Notes: generated from the letters alone by a model not told the origin. Shown: positions 41,779-55,124, counted from the stretch's first letter. The stretch: DNA of 64,000 nt from Octopus vulgaris (GCA_951406725.2 OX597838.1:8184001-8248000); one strand, 5' to 3'. Numbers and translations: made by a program.

Positions 41779-41819
<41 letters not shown>

Positions 41820-41850
41820 CTATATATATATATATATTTATCCGCATATA

Positions 41851-41907
<57 letters not shown>

Positions 41908-41910
41908 TAC

Positions 41911-41949
<39 letters not shown>

Positions 41950-42570
41950 CATACATATATATAAGTGTATATGTATGTATATGTGTATATATATATGTAT
42001 GTATAGATATATCTATGTTTGCATATATATTTAGAAATGTATGCATGCATATATACAAATATATATATAAATATATATACATATATATATATAAATATAT
42101 ATACATATATATATAAATACATATATGTATATATACATAATATTTGTGTGTAAGGTGTATGTATATATACATACACACACACAAACACAGAGGTATATAT
42201 GTACCTCTGTGTTTGTGTGTGTTTGTGTGTGTATGTATGCATATATGTAGGTAGATAAATTAACTTCATACCTCTCTACATACAGAGGTGATTGCCTATA
42301 TATCTCGTTATGTTCGGAATTGTATAAAAATAGAAGGGAACATTGTGTATGTGTGAATGTGTGTGTATGTGGTTAGTTGTCTCCCTGCTCTTTGTGTGTG
42401 CGCTTGTGTTTATCAATAGATGTATGCACCGATATCGGTTTTAACGATATATATAGATAGATAGATATATACTGCATATAAAATTAACATATGCCCATAG
42501 ATAGACAGATAGATAGATAGTGAGTGAGAGAGAAACAGAGTGGGAGACAGAGATAGATAGACAGACAGAC

Positions 42571-42637
<67 letters not shown>

Positions 42638-42654
42638 TAGATAGATAGACAGAC

Positions 42655-42709
<55 letters not shown>

Positions 42710-42748
42710 CAGATAGACAGACAGACAGATAGAGAGATAGATAGACAG

Positions 42749-42799
<51 letters not shown>

Positions 42800-42800
42800 T

Positions 42801-42840
<40 letters not shown>

Positions 42841-42926
42841 TGTTTTTATATGCACATATATTGATAGTTTGTTGTGTTTACTGTTTACAAATATGCATGT
42901 GCATGCATACACACGTGTTGTGTGTG

Positions 42927-43021
<95 letters not shown>

Positions 43022-43039
43022 GTGTATTGTACGGTTCTG

Positions 43040-43330
43040 AGAAGAGTTTCAGCGATTCTGACAGTGTATCTCTTCCGCTACAGCATAAGATCTTGAACAC
43101 GGAAAAGGATGAGAGGAAATGGCCGAGTCTAGGGTTCGTTCAGTTGCTCGTACGTGCAAAGGAAGAAGCGATTGGAAAGAGAATGTCCGCGGAGGAAGGA
43201 AAGAAAAACCGCATGAAAGTGTGTCGGAGACAGTCTGTGGGTAGAGCTATGCAATGAAGAACGGTTAATGAAATGTCTTCGTTTCCAACTCGGAGTAACA
43301 TATTCCAGGAACCACATGAAAGAAAATACA
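43040..43330 (-). mobile_element. Possible highly decayed CR1/L2-group LINE 3' fragment
   Basis: Fragments LEYVTPSW...FINRSSLHSSTHR...SSHPFSV loosely echo the LEYC..IW...L.SL.HRR...SHPF.V C-terminus. Confidence 0.3.
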
Positions 43331-43445
43331 ATATTTCTGATCCTAATCCTCCCTTCAACACCACAAGTCTCTCCGACACTTCTGGCTGATACGTAAGGGT
43401 ATATAGGTTCTTAGACAAATATCTATGCATCATATAGGCGTCAAT

Positions 43446-43580
43446 TAGCGGTTCGGCAAAAGAGACCGATAGAATAAGTACTGGGCTTACAAAGGAATAA
43501 GTCCCGGGGTCGATTTGCTCGACTAAAGGCGGTGCTCCAGCATGGCCGCAGTCAAATGACTGAAACAAGTAAAAAGAGTA
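43446..43580 (+). mobile_element. SINE family C tail
   Basis: ttagcggttcggcaaaagagaccgatagaataagtactgggc...gactgaaacaagtaaaaagag. Confidence 0.88.
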
Positions 43581-43876
43581 TACAGTAATTCCTCGACTAT
43601 CTGCAGTGTTACGTTCCAAAACCCCCCGCGATGGGTGAAAATCCGCGAAGTAGTAACAGTACTGTATTCTATATTTTTGTTAATTATTTATGATAATTTG
43701 TATATATTTATTTTATTATAAATGCAATACAACACCAGGGAGGAATCATCATAAGCTTAAATAATAAACCGCGATAGGTGAACAGCGATATGTGAACCGC
43801 GATATGTGAACCGCGATAGGTGAACCGCGATAGGTGAACCGCGATAGGTGAACCGCGATATGGTGAAGGATTTTTG
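43581..43876. mobile_element. pogo/Tigger-like MITE with internal 14-bp tandem repeat
   Basis: Begins TA-cagtaattcctcgactatc; the right end gatatggtgaaggatttttg is a degenerate complement. aaccgcgata(g/t)gtg occurs ~7 times at 43767-43860 and the same motif appears near the left end. Confidence 0.65.
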
Positions 43877-43881
43877 TTTTA

Positions 43882-44235
43882 TGTGCAGGTGTGGCTGTGT
43901 TGTAAGAAGCATACTTCCCAACCACATGGGTCCAGGTTCGGTCTCCCTGCGTGGCATCTTGGGCTGACCAAAGCCTTGTGAGTGTGCGTGCATATATGTG
44001 TGTGTGTGTGTGTGTATGTGTGTGTGTGCGTCTGTGTGTGCGTGTGTGTGTTTGTGTGTGTGTGTGTTTGTCCCCCACCACCGCTGGACAACCGGTGTCG
44101 ATGTGTTTATGTCCCTGTAACTTAGCGGTTCAGCGAAAAGCACCAATAAATATAAATAACCGGTCTGAAAAAGAAAATAGGTGCTGGGATCGATTCATTG
44201 GACAAATTCTTCCAGGTGTTGCTCCAGCATGGGCG
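43882..44235 (+). mobile_element. SINE family C, degenerate near-full copy
   Basis: gtgcaggtgtggctgtgttgtaagaagc head, (TG)n, then tail. Confidence 0.8.
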
Positions 44236-44291
44236 TAGTAAAACATAAAAGATACATATATGAGTCTATAGACTTCTTTAAGTGTGTGTGT

Positions 44292-44339
<48 letters not shown>

Positions 44340-44583
44340 CAAGAATATCATTTCACGGTCTCTATTTGGTTTATATTCTATTTTGGGAATAGCAGATCTC
44401 GAAGCATATAGAGCTTTCAATAACAGCTTGCAAGTTGTTTTTATCCAAAACAATTTTAACACCAAGTATTTACATGGTATTATCTATAGCTTTATATGCT
44501 TCAAGATGCACTGTCACAAGAAGAAATATACGCGCTCGCGAACGTGTGTGTGTGTGTATGTGTGTATGTGTGTGTGTGTGTGT

Positions 44584-44631
<48 letters not shown>

Positions 44632-44969
44632 TAGTGAATGAAAAAGAAACAGGAAATTATGCAATCAACTTCATTAGCTTAAAGCTGTTTCTGCCATCAG
44701 AAGCAGCGTACTCAGAGATGAATGCGTGTGCAACGTCTTACAGTTTCCTCGGAGCTCTAAGCTAATGAATTAGATTACGCTGTCCCTGTTTCCTTGTTAT
44801 GCAGTAATTTATATTACGCTCCGTATTCTCGTAACGCTTTATTCTAAAGCATGTGTAAATTAAAGTTCTTACAACTGGTTATTAGTAACGCTATGCCTGA
44901 GCGAAATCGCGTACGTGCGTGTGTGTATGCGTGCGCATTGTATATATCTATATATATATGTGTGTGTAT

Positions 44970-45000
<31 letters not shown>

Positions 45001-45051
45001 ATATAAATAATATATACATACGTATATGTACATACATCTATACGTATATAT

Positions 45052-45107
<56 letters not shown>

Positions 45108-45111
<4 letters not shown>

Positions 45112-45325
45112 AGTATGTGACCTCGTCTGTATCACTAGCGATTTTTTCCCCTGTCTTCCTTCTCGGGATCTTTCCTTCTCCTATGTTTCCGACGAAGAGC
45201 TCCGCTCGAAACGTCAAACACTCCTTCTTTCCTTCTTTCCTGAGCGTCAAATAATACTTTATTTGTTCCACGTCCTTGCGTTGTTGTTTTTTTCGTTTTT
45301 GTTTTCTTGTTTGTGATTAACTTTA
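45108..45325 (+). mobile_element. Hammerhead-bearing ~215-bp element inside (TA)n
   Basis: (TA)n on both sides; shares gaagagc..gctcgaaacgt and downstream ttcctgagcg...aatac with 52556-52740. Confidence 0.7.
45184..45220 (+). ncRNA. Minimal type-I hammerhead ribozyme-like motif (U4C in this copy)
   Basis: tgttt CCGACGA a gagc-tcc-gctc GAAA cg TC aaaca: 5-bp stem I, 4-bp stem II, palindromic ACGT helix III, GUC cleavage triplet. Confidence 0.65.
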
Positions 45326-45383
<58 letters not shown>

Positions 45384-46065
45384 CACATGTGGGCACAGGA
45401 CGTCACGAAACGTGTACAACAAAAATACGAAGCACGAGTACATGGAACATGAACTATTCTTTCGAACAACGAAAGACAAAAATGGAAAACAAAACAAACA
45501 ACATAAAGAACGTCATATCATCAGTTGTTCGCTGTTTTTCTAGTCTCGTATTTCGGGCATTTAACAACAATATACGCTTCCGATAAAAGTTGCCCCTGCA
45601 AAGCAAATTAAACAAAATTTGGGATTTTGCGGAGGGTCAAAATAGGTAACACAAACAGGACGGTGAAAACAAACAGGAATTAGAGAATCATGTCGGGGAC
45701 AAAAATGAAACTTTACAGAGTTCCTGTCGGTTGTGACATAATGTGGATTACGACAACTATCCACCATGTTTTAACAGGATGATTTGGGATTTAGGAAAGA
45801 TAGATGAACAGTGAGTCACAGATGGCATCGAAATTCAGAGCTGAAAGCAAAGAACGAACCCTACTCTAGTAATGAAACAAAATGGCTGCTATGTTACGGC
45901 AGTACTTTTAGTAACACCAAGGTTGGTGTGGTGATTGACGTATTTACTAGTACACAAATTGAACTTTACTAAACAAAATTTACAGCCAAAATGGGTAAGT
46001 CAACTTATTCACTGTCCATGTGAAATGCAACAGGATTTGGTAAAATAGTGACGAAGTTTAAATTC

Positions 46066-46452
46066 ACTCTTTTACTCTTTTACTTGTTTCAGTCATTTGA
46101 CTGCGGCCATCGAGCAAATCGACCCCGGGACTTATTCTTTGTAAGCCCAGTACTTATTCTATCGGTCTCTCTTTTGCCGAACCGCTAAGTGACGGGGACG
46201 TAAACACACCAGCATCGGTTGTCAAGCAATGCTAGGGGGACAAACACAGACACACAAACATATACATACACATACATATATATACATATATACGACAGGC
46301 TTCTTTCAGTTTCCGTCTACCAAATCCACTCACAAGGCATTGGTCGGCCCGGGGCTATAGCAGAAGACACTTGCCCAAGATGCCACGCAGTGGGACTGAA
46401 CCCGGAACCATGTGGTTGGTAGGCAGGCTACTTACCACACAGCCACTCCTGC
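46066..46452 (-). mobile_element. SINE family C, full-length copy
   Basis: Head (gcaggagtggctgtgtggtaag...gggttcagtccc), internal microsatellite and tail all present. Confidence 0.9.
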
Positions 46453-46680
46453 TTACATAATATGTTATGTTGATTTGTGTGCCGGAAAAGGATGTACAAA
46501 AACGATGCGTACGGCTGCCAGGACTCATTTTGGTTTCATCAATGCTGATTAGCACGATGATAGTGGAAGAAGTGAGAGAGCTGGCCAAGCCAGATCTACT
46601 GGGTCATCCTGCTCATCTTCACTACACACTGAGGGCTAGATAGATAGATGGAAGGAGGGAGGGAAGACAGAGATAGCTGC

Positions 46681-46893
46681 GGGGAGTTGGTAGGATGGTT
46701 AGCACACGAGACAAAACTGCTTAGCGACATTTCTTCTGTCTTTACATTGTGAGTTCAAATTCAGCCGAGGTCGACTTTGCCCTTCATCCTTTCGAGATCG
46801 ATAAAATAAGTACCAGTTGAATACTGGGGTCGATCTAATCCGACTGGCCCCACCCAAATTTCGAATCTTGTGCCTATAGTAAAAAGGATTATT
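46681..46893 (+). mobile_element. SINE family B (alternative tail)
   Basis: gagttcaaattcagccgaggtcgactttgcccttcatcc...cttgtgcctatagtaaaaaggattatt. Confidence 0.82.
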
Positions 46894-47159
46894 ACAAAAA
46901 GTTCGGTCAAAAGAGAGTTCCTGCTGCCATTACCCTCGCAGGCCCTGACGTGGCCAGAGTGGTCACCATATTTAATGTTCCAGTTAAACACCTTCTCTGC
47001 CACGAGTAATGGCGGTGCATGTGCAACGGAAGAAATCTCAGTACTTCCCCCTTAGGCATTTAGAGAGAGAGAGAGAGAGAGAGGAGTAGGAAGGAGTGGA
47101 CGTAACAGACAATGAGAAAACCTAGGGGTGAAGGGGTAATAAGTGGGTGTGGGTGTGCA

Positions 47160-47199
<40 letters not shown>

Positions 47200-47387
47200 T
47201 ATGTCTGTGTGTAAATATTTTTAGCTTGTGTCATCCAGAGGACTGCGGCCGTAAAGAGGTACCGCCTCAAAGAGTTTTGTCGAAAAAATTGACCCCAGTC
47301 CCTTTTTTTAAAGTTTTGTGTTTATGGGAGTAGCCTCATTTACTGAACTGCTACTACTACTACTACTACTAATAATAATAATAATAA

Positions 47388-47520
47388 TAACATCGAAAAA
47401 TACCTTAGGAATGAGAACCTAGTGTTCGAAATTTCCCCAAGACACATGATGAAGGCTGGAAGGTATATCAGCCGAAACGTTGTGGTAACAACAAACAAGA
47501 CAGGGAGTTGAACAAACCAA
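47388..47520 (+). mobile_element. Hammerhead-bearing element following (TAA)n
   Basis: Second copy at 48599-48710. Confidence 0.7.
47441..47484 (+). ncRNA. Minimal type-I hammerhead ribozyme-like motif (C3A in this copy)
   Basis: gacac ATGATGA a ggctg-gaaggtatat-cagcc GAAA cg TT gtg; the sister copy retains gacacCT. Confidence 0.55.
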
Positions 47521-48443
47521 CACCGGCTGCCAAGCGGGGGACATACACAACATACACACACGCACACACACACACATGACGGGTTTCCTCACAGTTTTTA
47601 TCTGTTACAACCACTCACAAGGGCTTGATTGGCGCGGAAATATAATAGAAACAACTCGCCCGAGGGATTGAACCTACGACCGCATGGTTGGGAAGCAAGC
47701 TTCTTAACCGCTCAGCTACGCTGCAGCAACAATAAAAACGCTGTAACAGGAAATGTGTAGCTGTTCGCAGATAATTGTGAGATCTTTTGTAAGCAGCATT
47801 TAAAGACGAACACAGAGTAGTCAGCGCAAAATATTAAGAGGTGAGCGAGCGAGCGAGCGAGAGAGAGAGAGGTTGTGGGGAGTTAATTATTTGTAGAGAA
47901 CGATGGTATGCTATTATTTGGTGGGTCTCACAGGACGGAACTTAAGTAATGCATAGTAAGAATACAAAAACGAAATAAATGACAATAGATGCTGTAATTT
48001 GTAAGGGAGAGGCGTGGAATTGTAAACCAGCTGTTTCTAAAATGAAATTATCAGTGCTTAAAAAATAAGCGATAGTTAAAAGTAAACGCTGATTAAATAT
48101 GAGAATGGCCACATGGGGGTTAAATAAAATTTATTACTAATGAAGTTTAATATGAGAAACTTTAAAAGAGAGGAAGGAACGGAGAGGAAGAAAGCGAAGA
48201 ATTTGTTGATGTAATTGAGAAAGTAAATAGGTAAGCATGTGTCTGAATATTATACATCCATGAATGTGCGATTCACAAACACACACACACAAACAGGTAT
48301 ATACATACTCATATATACATACTTATACATGCGTATACATACACGCATTCATACAATATGGCTTTCTGTGCAAAGAAGAACGAAGTAGGGCATCTGTTCG
48401 TGGTCGTTCTATTTGCAAGAAATAGCAGCTAACAAATTACCGC

Positions 48444-48487
48444 GACACTGTAGTACATCTGCAGCGTTAGAAGCTGTGCAAAGGCAA

Positions 48488-48490
<3 letters not shown>
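48444..48490 (+). mobile_element. Extreme 3' tail of the R4/Dong-like element
   Basis: gacactgtagtacatctgcagcgttagaagc matches 53970-54000; followed by (ACT)n. Confidence 0.7.
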
Positions 48491-48563
<73 letters not shown>

Positions 48564-48598
48564 ACTACTACTACTACTAATAATAATAATAATACTAA

Positions 48599-48710
48599 TA
48601 ACATCGAAAAATACCTTAGGAATGAGAACCTAGGTTCGAAATTTCCCCAAGACACCTAATGTTGTGGTAACAACAAACAGGACTAGGATAAATAATGTAA
48701 ATAATGTAAT
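48599..48710 (+). mobile_element. Second copy of the 47388 element with the hammerhead core deleted
   Basis: acatcgaaaaataccttaggaatgagaacc...ccccaagacacct/aatgttgtggtaacaacaaaca. Confidence 0.75.
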
Positions 48711-48980
48711 CACCTTTTTATCTTTGAAACTGAGAGATTCAGAGACATTCATCATAATAAATATTCGAAACAAATAAATCCTGCTTTTATTTCACGTATT
48801 TTTGATTCTTGCTGCTAAACCATTGAGATTCAAGATGAGAAAAGAAGCACGAAGACTTTAATGAAGACAGAAGTCTCCTCAAAGACGTGCACAAGGCACA
48901 GACAAAAAAATCTCCATCTCAAATTCCTCATTGCATTTTCTGAAGAAGCAGTGGAACGCTCTGCGGGTGATGTTCTTTCG

Positions 48981-49005
48981 TCGTCTTCTTCTTCTTCTTC
49001 TTCTT

Positions 49006-49075
<70 letters not shown>

Positions 49076-49127
49076 CTCTTCTTCTTCTTCTTCTTCTTCA
49101 TTTTCCTCTTCATCTTCTTCCTATTCT

Positions 49128-49159
<32 letters not shown>

Positions 49160-50460
49160 TTCTTCTTCGTCTACTTCCTCTTCTTCTCTTCTTCTTCTTC
49201 TTCTACTTCTTCTTCTCTTCCTCTTCCTCTTCCTCTTCCTCTTCTCTTCTTCTTCTTCTTCTTCCACTTCTTCTTTTTCTTCTCATTCCTCCTCTTCTTC
49301 TTCTTCTTCTTCCTCTTCTTCATCTTCTTCTTCAACTTCTTCTTCTTCTTCTTCTTCTTCTTCCCCTCTTCTTCTTCTTCTTCTTCGTCTACTTCCTCTT
49401 CTTCAACTTCTTCTTCTTCTACTTCCTCTTCATCTCCTTCTTCTTCATCCTCCTCTCTTCTTCCACTTCTTCTTCCACTTCTTCTTCTTCTTCTTCATCT
49501 TCCTCTTCTTCATCTTCTTCGTCTACTTCTTCTTCTTCTTCTTCTGCTTCTTCTTCTTCTTCGTCTACTTCTTATTCTTATTCTTCTTCTTCGTCTACTT
49601 CCTCTTCTTCAACTTCTTCTTCTTCTACTTCCTCTTCATCTCCTTCTTCTTCATCCTCCTCTCTTCTTCCACTTCTTCTTCCACTTCTTCTTCTTCTTCT
49701 TCATCTTCCTCTTCTTCATCTTCTTCGTCTACTTCTTCTTCTTCTTCTTCTGCTTCTTCTTCTTCGTCTACTTCTTATTCTTATTCTTCTTCTTCGTCTA
49801 CTTCCTCTTCTTCAACTTCTTCTTCTTCTACTTCCTCTTCATCTCCTTCTTCTTCATCCTCCTCTCTTCTTCCACTTCTTCTTCCACTTCTTCTTCTTCT
49901 TCTTCATCTTCCTCTTCTTCATCTTCTTCGTCTACTTCTTCTTCTTCTTCTTCTGCTTCTTCTTCTTCTTCGTCTACTTCTTATTCTTATTCTTCTTCTT
50001 CGTCTACTTCCTCTTCTTCAACTTCTTCTACTTCCTCTTCATCTCCTTCTTCTTCATCCTCCTCTCTTCTTCTTCTTCTTCTTCTTCCACTTCTTCTTCC
50101 TCTTCTTCATCTTCTTCTTCGTCAACTTCTTCTTTTTCTTCATCCTCCTCCTCTTCTTCTTCTTGTTCTTCGTTTACTTCCTCTTCTTCAACTCATCTAC
50201 TTCTTCTTCCACTTCTTCTTCGTCTACTTCCTTTTCTTCTTCTTCTTCTTCTTCTACTTCCTCTTCATCTCTTTCTTCTTCATCCTCCTCCCCTCCTTTT
50301 CTTCTTCTTCCTCTTCTTCTTTCTCTTTCTCCTCGTATTCTTTCTTTTGTTTCTCCTTCTCCCTTTCTTTCTCTTCATTCATCTTCCTTCTCTCCGTTCT
50401 TTTCTTTCTCCTTTTTCCTCCTTTCTCTTCCTTTTCTGTTTTCCTCCACTTTCTCCTTCT
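48981..50460. repeat. ~1.5-kb (TTC)n-based polypyrimidine tract with a 203-206-bp higher-order repeat
   Basis: cgtctacttcctcttcttcaac starts at 49386, 49592, 49795 and 50001. Confidence 0.93.
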
Positions 50461-50895
50461 CGCCGTCCTCATCATCACCCCCCTCATCCCCATCCCCGTC
50501 AACACCATCATCACCTCTTCTCTCCCGTATTATTAACGCCGACCCTCAGTCCTTCTCGTCATCATCGCCGCCGACATCATCACCTCTTTCCCTCTCCCCA
50601 GATTCTCCTCCCATTCTTCCTGATACGTCGTTTGTCAACACCGACAAACACCACCACCCCCACTTCCTCCAAACAGGCAATCTATATTGGCCTCCCCCCC
50701 CCCCACTTTCATTCACCTCACGCGTGGCACTGGTTCCGGGTGATTGCTTATCTTCAAAATAGGCGGGAAATGAGGCCGTGTCTGGCTCAGATGCACCGTT
50801 GGAGCGGAAGTTGTGGTTATGATAGTGGAAGATGAGGGGCGAAAGAAAGAGGGCGCTTCACCAACTCCTTTATTTGTGCAGATGGTACAACAGCA

Positions 50896-51261
<366 letters not shown>

Positions 51262-51367
51262 GAATGCATACAATGAGCTTCTCTGCCCTAGGTGTACGGA
51301 AAACACTCGGCGAGAAATGGAAGAACATTTGAAGAAAGAAGAAAAAAATAATAATGATATAAATTTT

Positions 51368-51530
51368 CATTTCAAATTTTTTGCCATAAGGGCAGCTTGT
51401 GGGAGGTGGGGATGAGTCGATTACATCGACCCCCAGTGTTCAACTGGTACTTATTTTATCGACCCCCGAACGGATGCAAGGCAAAATCAACAGCGGCGAA
51501 ATTTGAACGCAGAACGCAGCGACTGGTAAA
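51368..51530 (-). mobile_element. SINE family B (alternative tail), partial
   Basis: gtcgattacatcgacccccagtgttcaactggtacttattttatcgacccccgaa. Confidence 0.8.
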
Positions 51531-51711
51531 ATATCTGTTAATTATGATTTTATTCAACATATTCCTCTCTTAGATTCACACACTTATCGCAGCGGCCCTT
51601 CAGTTTTTCTAAGCCCTGTAAAAGGACATGGAACGTCGGGACTCCAGCCAGGCCCTTTTTTGCGGTGCCCTTAATATCAGGAACTTCTTAGTTTCCCCTC
51701 GTAAAAATTAT

Positions 51712-51797
<86 letters not shown>

Positions 51798-52015
51798 TGA
51801 TGATGATGATGATGATGTGATAATAATAATAATAATAATAATAATGATGATGATGATAATAATAATAATAATAATAATAATAATAGTAATAATAACAAAA
51901 CACTTCTACATACATAGTATACACACACGCATTATGTATAAATGAGTATGGCGCTAAGAGACATGGAAAGAGAAATATACGTGTATGCATTTGTCCTTTG
52001 TTTTTGTGAATGGAC

Positions 52016-52071
<56 letters not shown>

Positions 52072-52555
52072 CCTTCTAGTTCCCTGCCCCCATTGTGTTT
52101 CTGATTCTCTTTCTCTCTTCACCTATTTTCACTCGCATACACCGGCTGCTGGTATCAAACACACACATACGCTCGCACCTAATCTTCGTTTGTCTGTCCT
52201 GTCTCTGTTTCTCTCTCTCTTTCTCTCTCTCTCTCCCTCCCTCCCTCACCACTTACTCTTTTGCTTTTTAGACTTCTCATGTGGCACTGAATAACACGAA
52301 GAATAACGTGTGCCTGGTTGGGTGTCTACCTGTTCTCTATTCATTCTTTTAATCGCATCAACTAGTTTCATTCATTGGGTTACGGCCATACTGGAGCATT
52401 GGCTTGAAGAATTCACTGGACCATATCGACCCAAATATTTATTTAAACGTGATACTCATTCCATCGATCAGCACAGACACGGACATGGTTGCCACAATAT
52501 ATATATATATTTATTTATTTATATATACAGAGAGAGAGAGAGAGAGAGAGAGAGT

Positions 52556-52845
52556 CGCCATGATAGATCGTTAGTCACTACACACATTATTTTCTCTCCT
52601 TGTTTTTTCTGTGTCCCTTTCTGTAGAAGAGCGTAGACTCGAAACGTAAAAGACTTTTTCGATTCCTGAGCGTTATACTAATACATTTGCTTGTTTTGTA
52701 CACCACGTGTCTTCGTCCCTTGTTTTCGTAAACTCTCCCTATATATATATATTACGCTTCGAGTCTACGCTCTTCTACAGAAAGGGACACAGAAAAAAAC
52801 AAGGAGAGAAAAAAATGTGTATAGTGGCTAACGATCTATCATGGC

Positions 52846-52846
<1 letters not shown>
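52556..52846. mobile_element. Hammerhead-bearing element (+, 52556-52740) with inverted partial copy (-, 52752-52846)
   Basis: ~93-bp inverted arms; microsatellite on both sides and in the middle. Confidence 0.8.
52617..52652 (+). ncRNA. Minimal type-I hammerhead ribozyme-like motif (core CUGUAGA)
   Basis: cttt CTGTAGA a gag-cgtaga-ctc GAAA cg TA aaag. Confidence 0.55.
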
Positions 52847-52934
<88 letters not shown>

Positions 52935-53067
52935 TTAAGGATTATATGTATAGATGTATGTATATGTGTATGTATCGATATACATATATGCCAGATTTGA
53001 ATTCAGAACTTAATAAGTCTAAAAAAGCACTTGACATTTTACCCGAATTGGAAATGAGTTTGCTGCC

Positions 53068-53433
<366 letters not shown>

Positions 53434-53458
53434 TCTGAATTCAATTGTGTAAAAAAAA

Positions 53459-54000
53459 AATAGCCAGGCTTGTCCATTGGACACTTTGCAACAAGTATGG
53501 AGTTGACTGAGCAAAAAATTGGTGAGAACATAAACTCGAAGGCATTGTCGAAAATAGAAATGCAAAGATCCTATGGGATTTTATGATTTGGTACGACTAT
53601 GAGACAGAGAATAGGAAGCCAGACATAGTCTTAATTGAGAAAGAAAACAAACAATGCTGGATCATAGACATAGCATGCCCAGCTGACAGCAAGGTGTGTG
53701 ATAAGGAAGAAAGAAAAGTCGAGAGGTTATGACAGGTTAGCTTGGGAGGTTAAGCAGTTGTGGTCACTGAAAAAAGTGGTAGTAGCACCAATAATTGTCG
53801 AAGCCCAGGGAACAATGAGAAAAAATCTCGAGAAGTACGTGGAACAAATAGGGGCTGCAATAAGGGTGAAGCACTTGCAGAAAGCAGTACTGCTTGGAAC
53901 CGCTCGAATACTCTGGAGGGTGTTCGAAAAATAAGAGGTGTTACGTTAGTTCCCTTGTAGTGAACAGCTGACACTGTAGTACATCTCCAGCGTTAAAAGC
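53459..54000 (+). mobile_element. 5'-truncated R4/Dong-like non-LTR retrotransposon (restriction-like endonuclease domain plus 3' UTR)
   Basis: IARLVHWTLCNKYGVD*AKNW*EHKLEGIVENRNAKILWDFMIWYDYETENRKPDIVLIEKENKQCWIIDIACPADSKVCDKEERKVER/YDRLAWEVKQLWSLKKVVVAPIIVEAQG...LQKAVLLGTARILWRVF*. Contains the PD..D RLE motif, two stops and one frameshift. Confidence 0.9.
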
Positions 54001-54004
54001 CAAT

Positions 54005-54700
54005 AGTAACCCATAATCCTACGAAGCGTCATTGTACCAAATGGGTTCAGGTGACTCTTAAGGGTCTTGGACCTACACTGGTGCTATATTCTGTCCTTAC
54101 AACATTCCAACACACTCACCATACACTGACCTAACATTCTGCCTTCACACTGCGGCCTTACGCTCTGAACCAACATTCTGATCCCACATTGAGTTTACAC
54201 TGGTCTCACAAACTGAAATTGCAGGGATATTACAGTCAGACTCAACACTCAGACCTTTACCCACTAATCCTACACTGACCAAGCAAACTGAGCCTTCACT
54301 AGCCACTGGTCTCCCAATCTGACCCACCCACTAAGCAAATGTTTTCACCTTACACTGGATAAAGCTCTTTCCTATGTCATACACACTCACAAAGATCGCT
54401 TTCCCGGTTTCTGTGGCGTACTTATTTACTCCGCTGGATAGGACGCCAGTCCGCTGCCGGATTAACTCACTTTTGCCAGCTAAGTGGACTGAAGGAATGT
54501 GAAATAAAGTGTTTTGCTCAAGAACACAACGCGTCGCCTGGTCCAGGAATCGAAACCACAATCTCACGTTTATGAGTCCAACACCCTAACCACTAAGCCA
54601 TGTGCCTCCACCCTACACTAGACAGACACTGACCACACGATGTCGCTGCATTGAACCGTCCCTCATTCTTCACACTGATCCAAACCTCTGACCCTACAAA
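54005..54700. repeat. Degenerate short-period repeat (c(c/t)acactgacc-like) split by a SINE
   Basis: acactga/acactgg/acattct motifs recur about every 11-25 bp at 54070-54360 and 54610-54700. Confidence 0.5.
54362..54612 (-). mobile_element. tRNA-derived SINE family F
   Basis: ggaggcacatggcttagtggttagg...ggtttcgattcc...gttcttgagcaaaacacttt...ggactggcgtcctatccag...cacagaaaccggg; partial homolog at 1445-1500. Confidence 0.8.
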
Positions 54701-55124
54701 AAAAAAAAAAAACAGACGTTGAGTAATGTGATCCAATACTCAACGTGATGAACATTTAGTGGAAGTGTCACGGATGGAATGCATTTCGACCCTGTCGCTT
54801 AACAACAGAATGTTTTGCTGTTTCAAAACAGCAATCTCGTAGACCTGACCGCAAATAGACACAAACACCTCTGGCCGCTAGTGGCACCACTATTAACACT
54901 GACGAGTGTTTCGTTATCTCTAAGTTCTATGTTCCGTCCGGGTAGAAAACCCCATTTGGGGTGTTTGTGTTTTTAATGTTTTTTTGTTTTTGTTTTTTTA
55001 AATTTTATTTTCATAGTCATGATGCTTTGCTGGGATTTGATCTCGTAACGTTTACCAACGACATTCGTTCATACGAGCTGAGAGTATGAGTGTCTGAAGG
55101 CAGTTGAGGGACGACTAAATGGTT

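Noticed and set aside
48861-50835. 633-aa and 634-aa ORFs
   Set aside because: Translations of a TTC repeat open in two frames at once (poly S/L/F), with no domain. The minus Glu-rich frame has stops and frameshifts.
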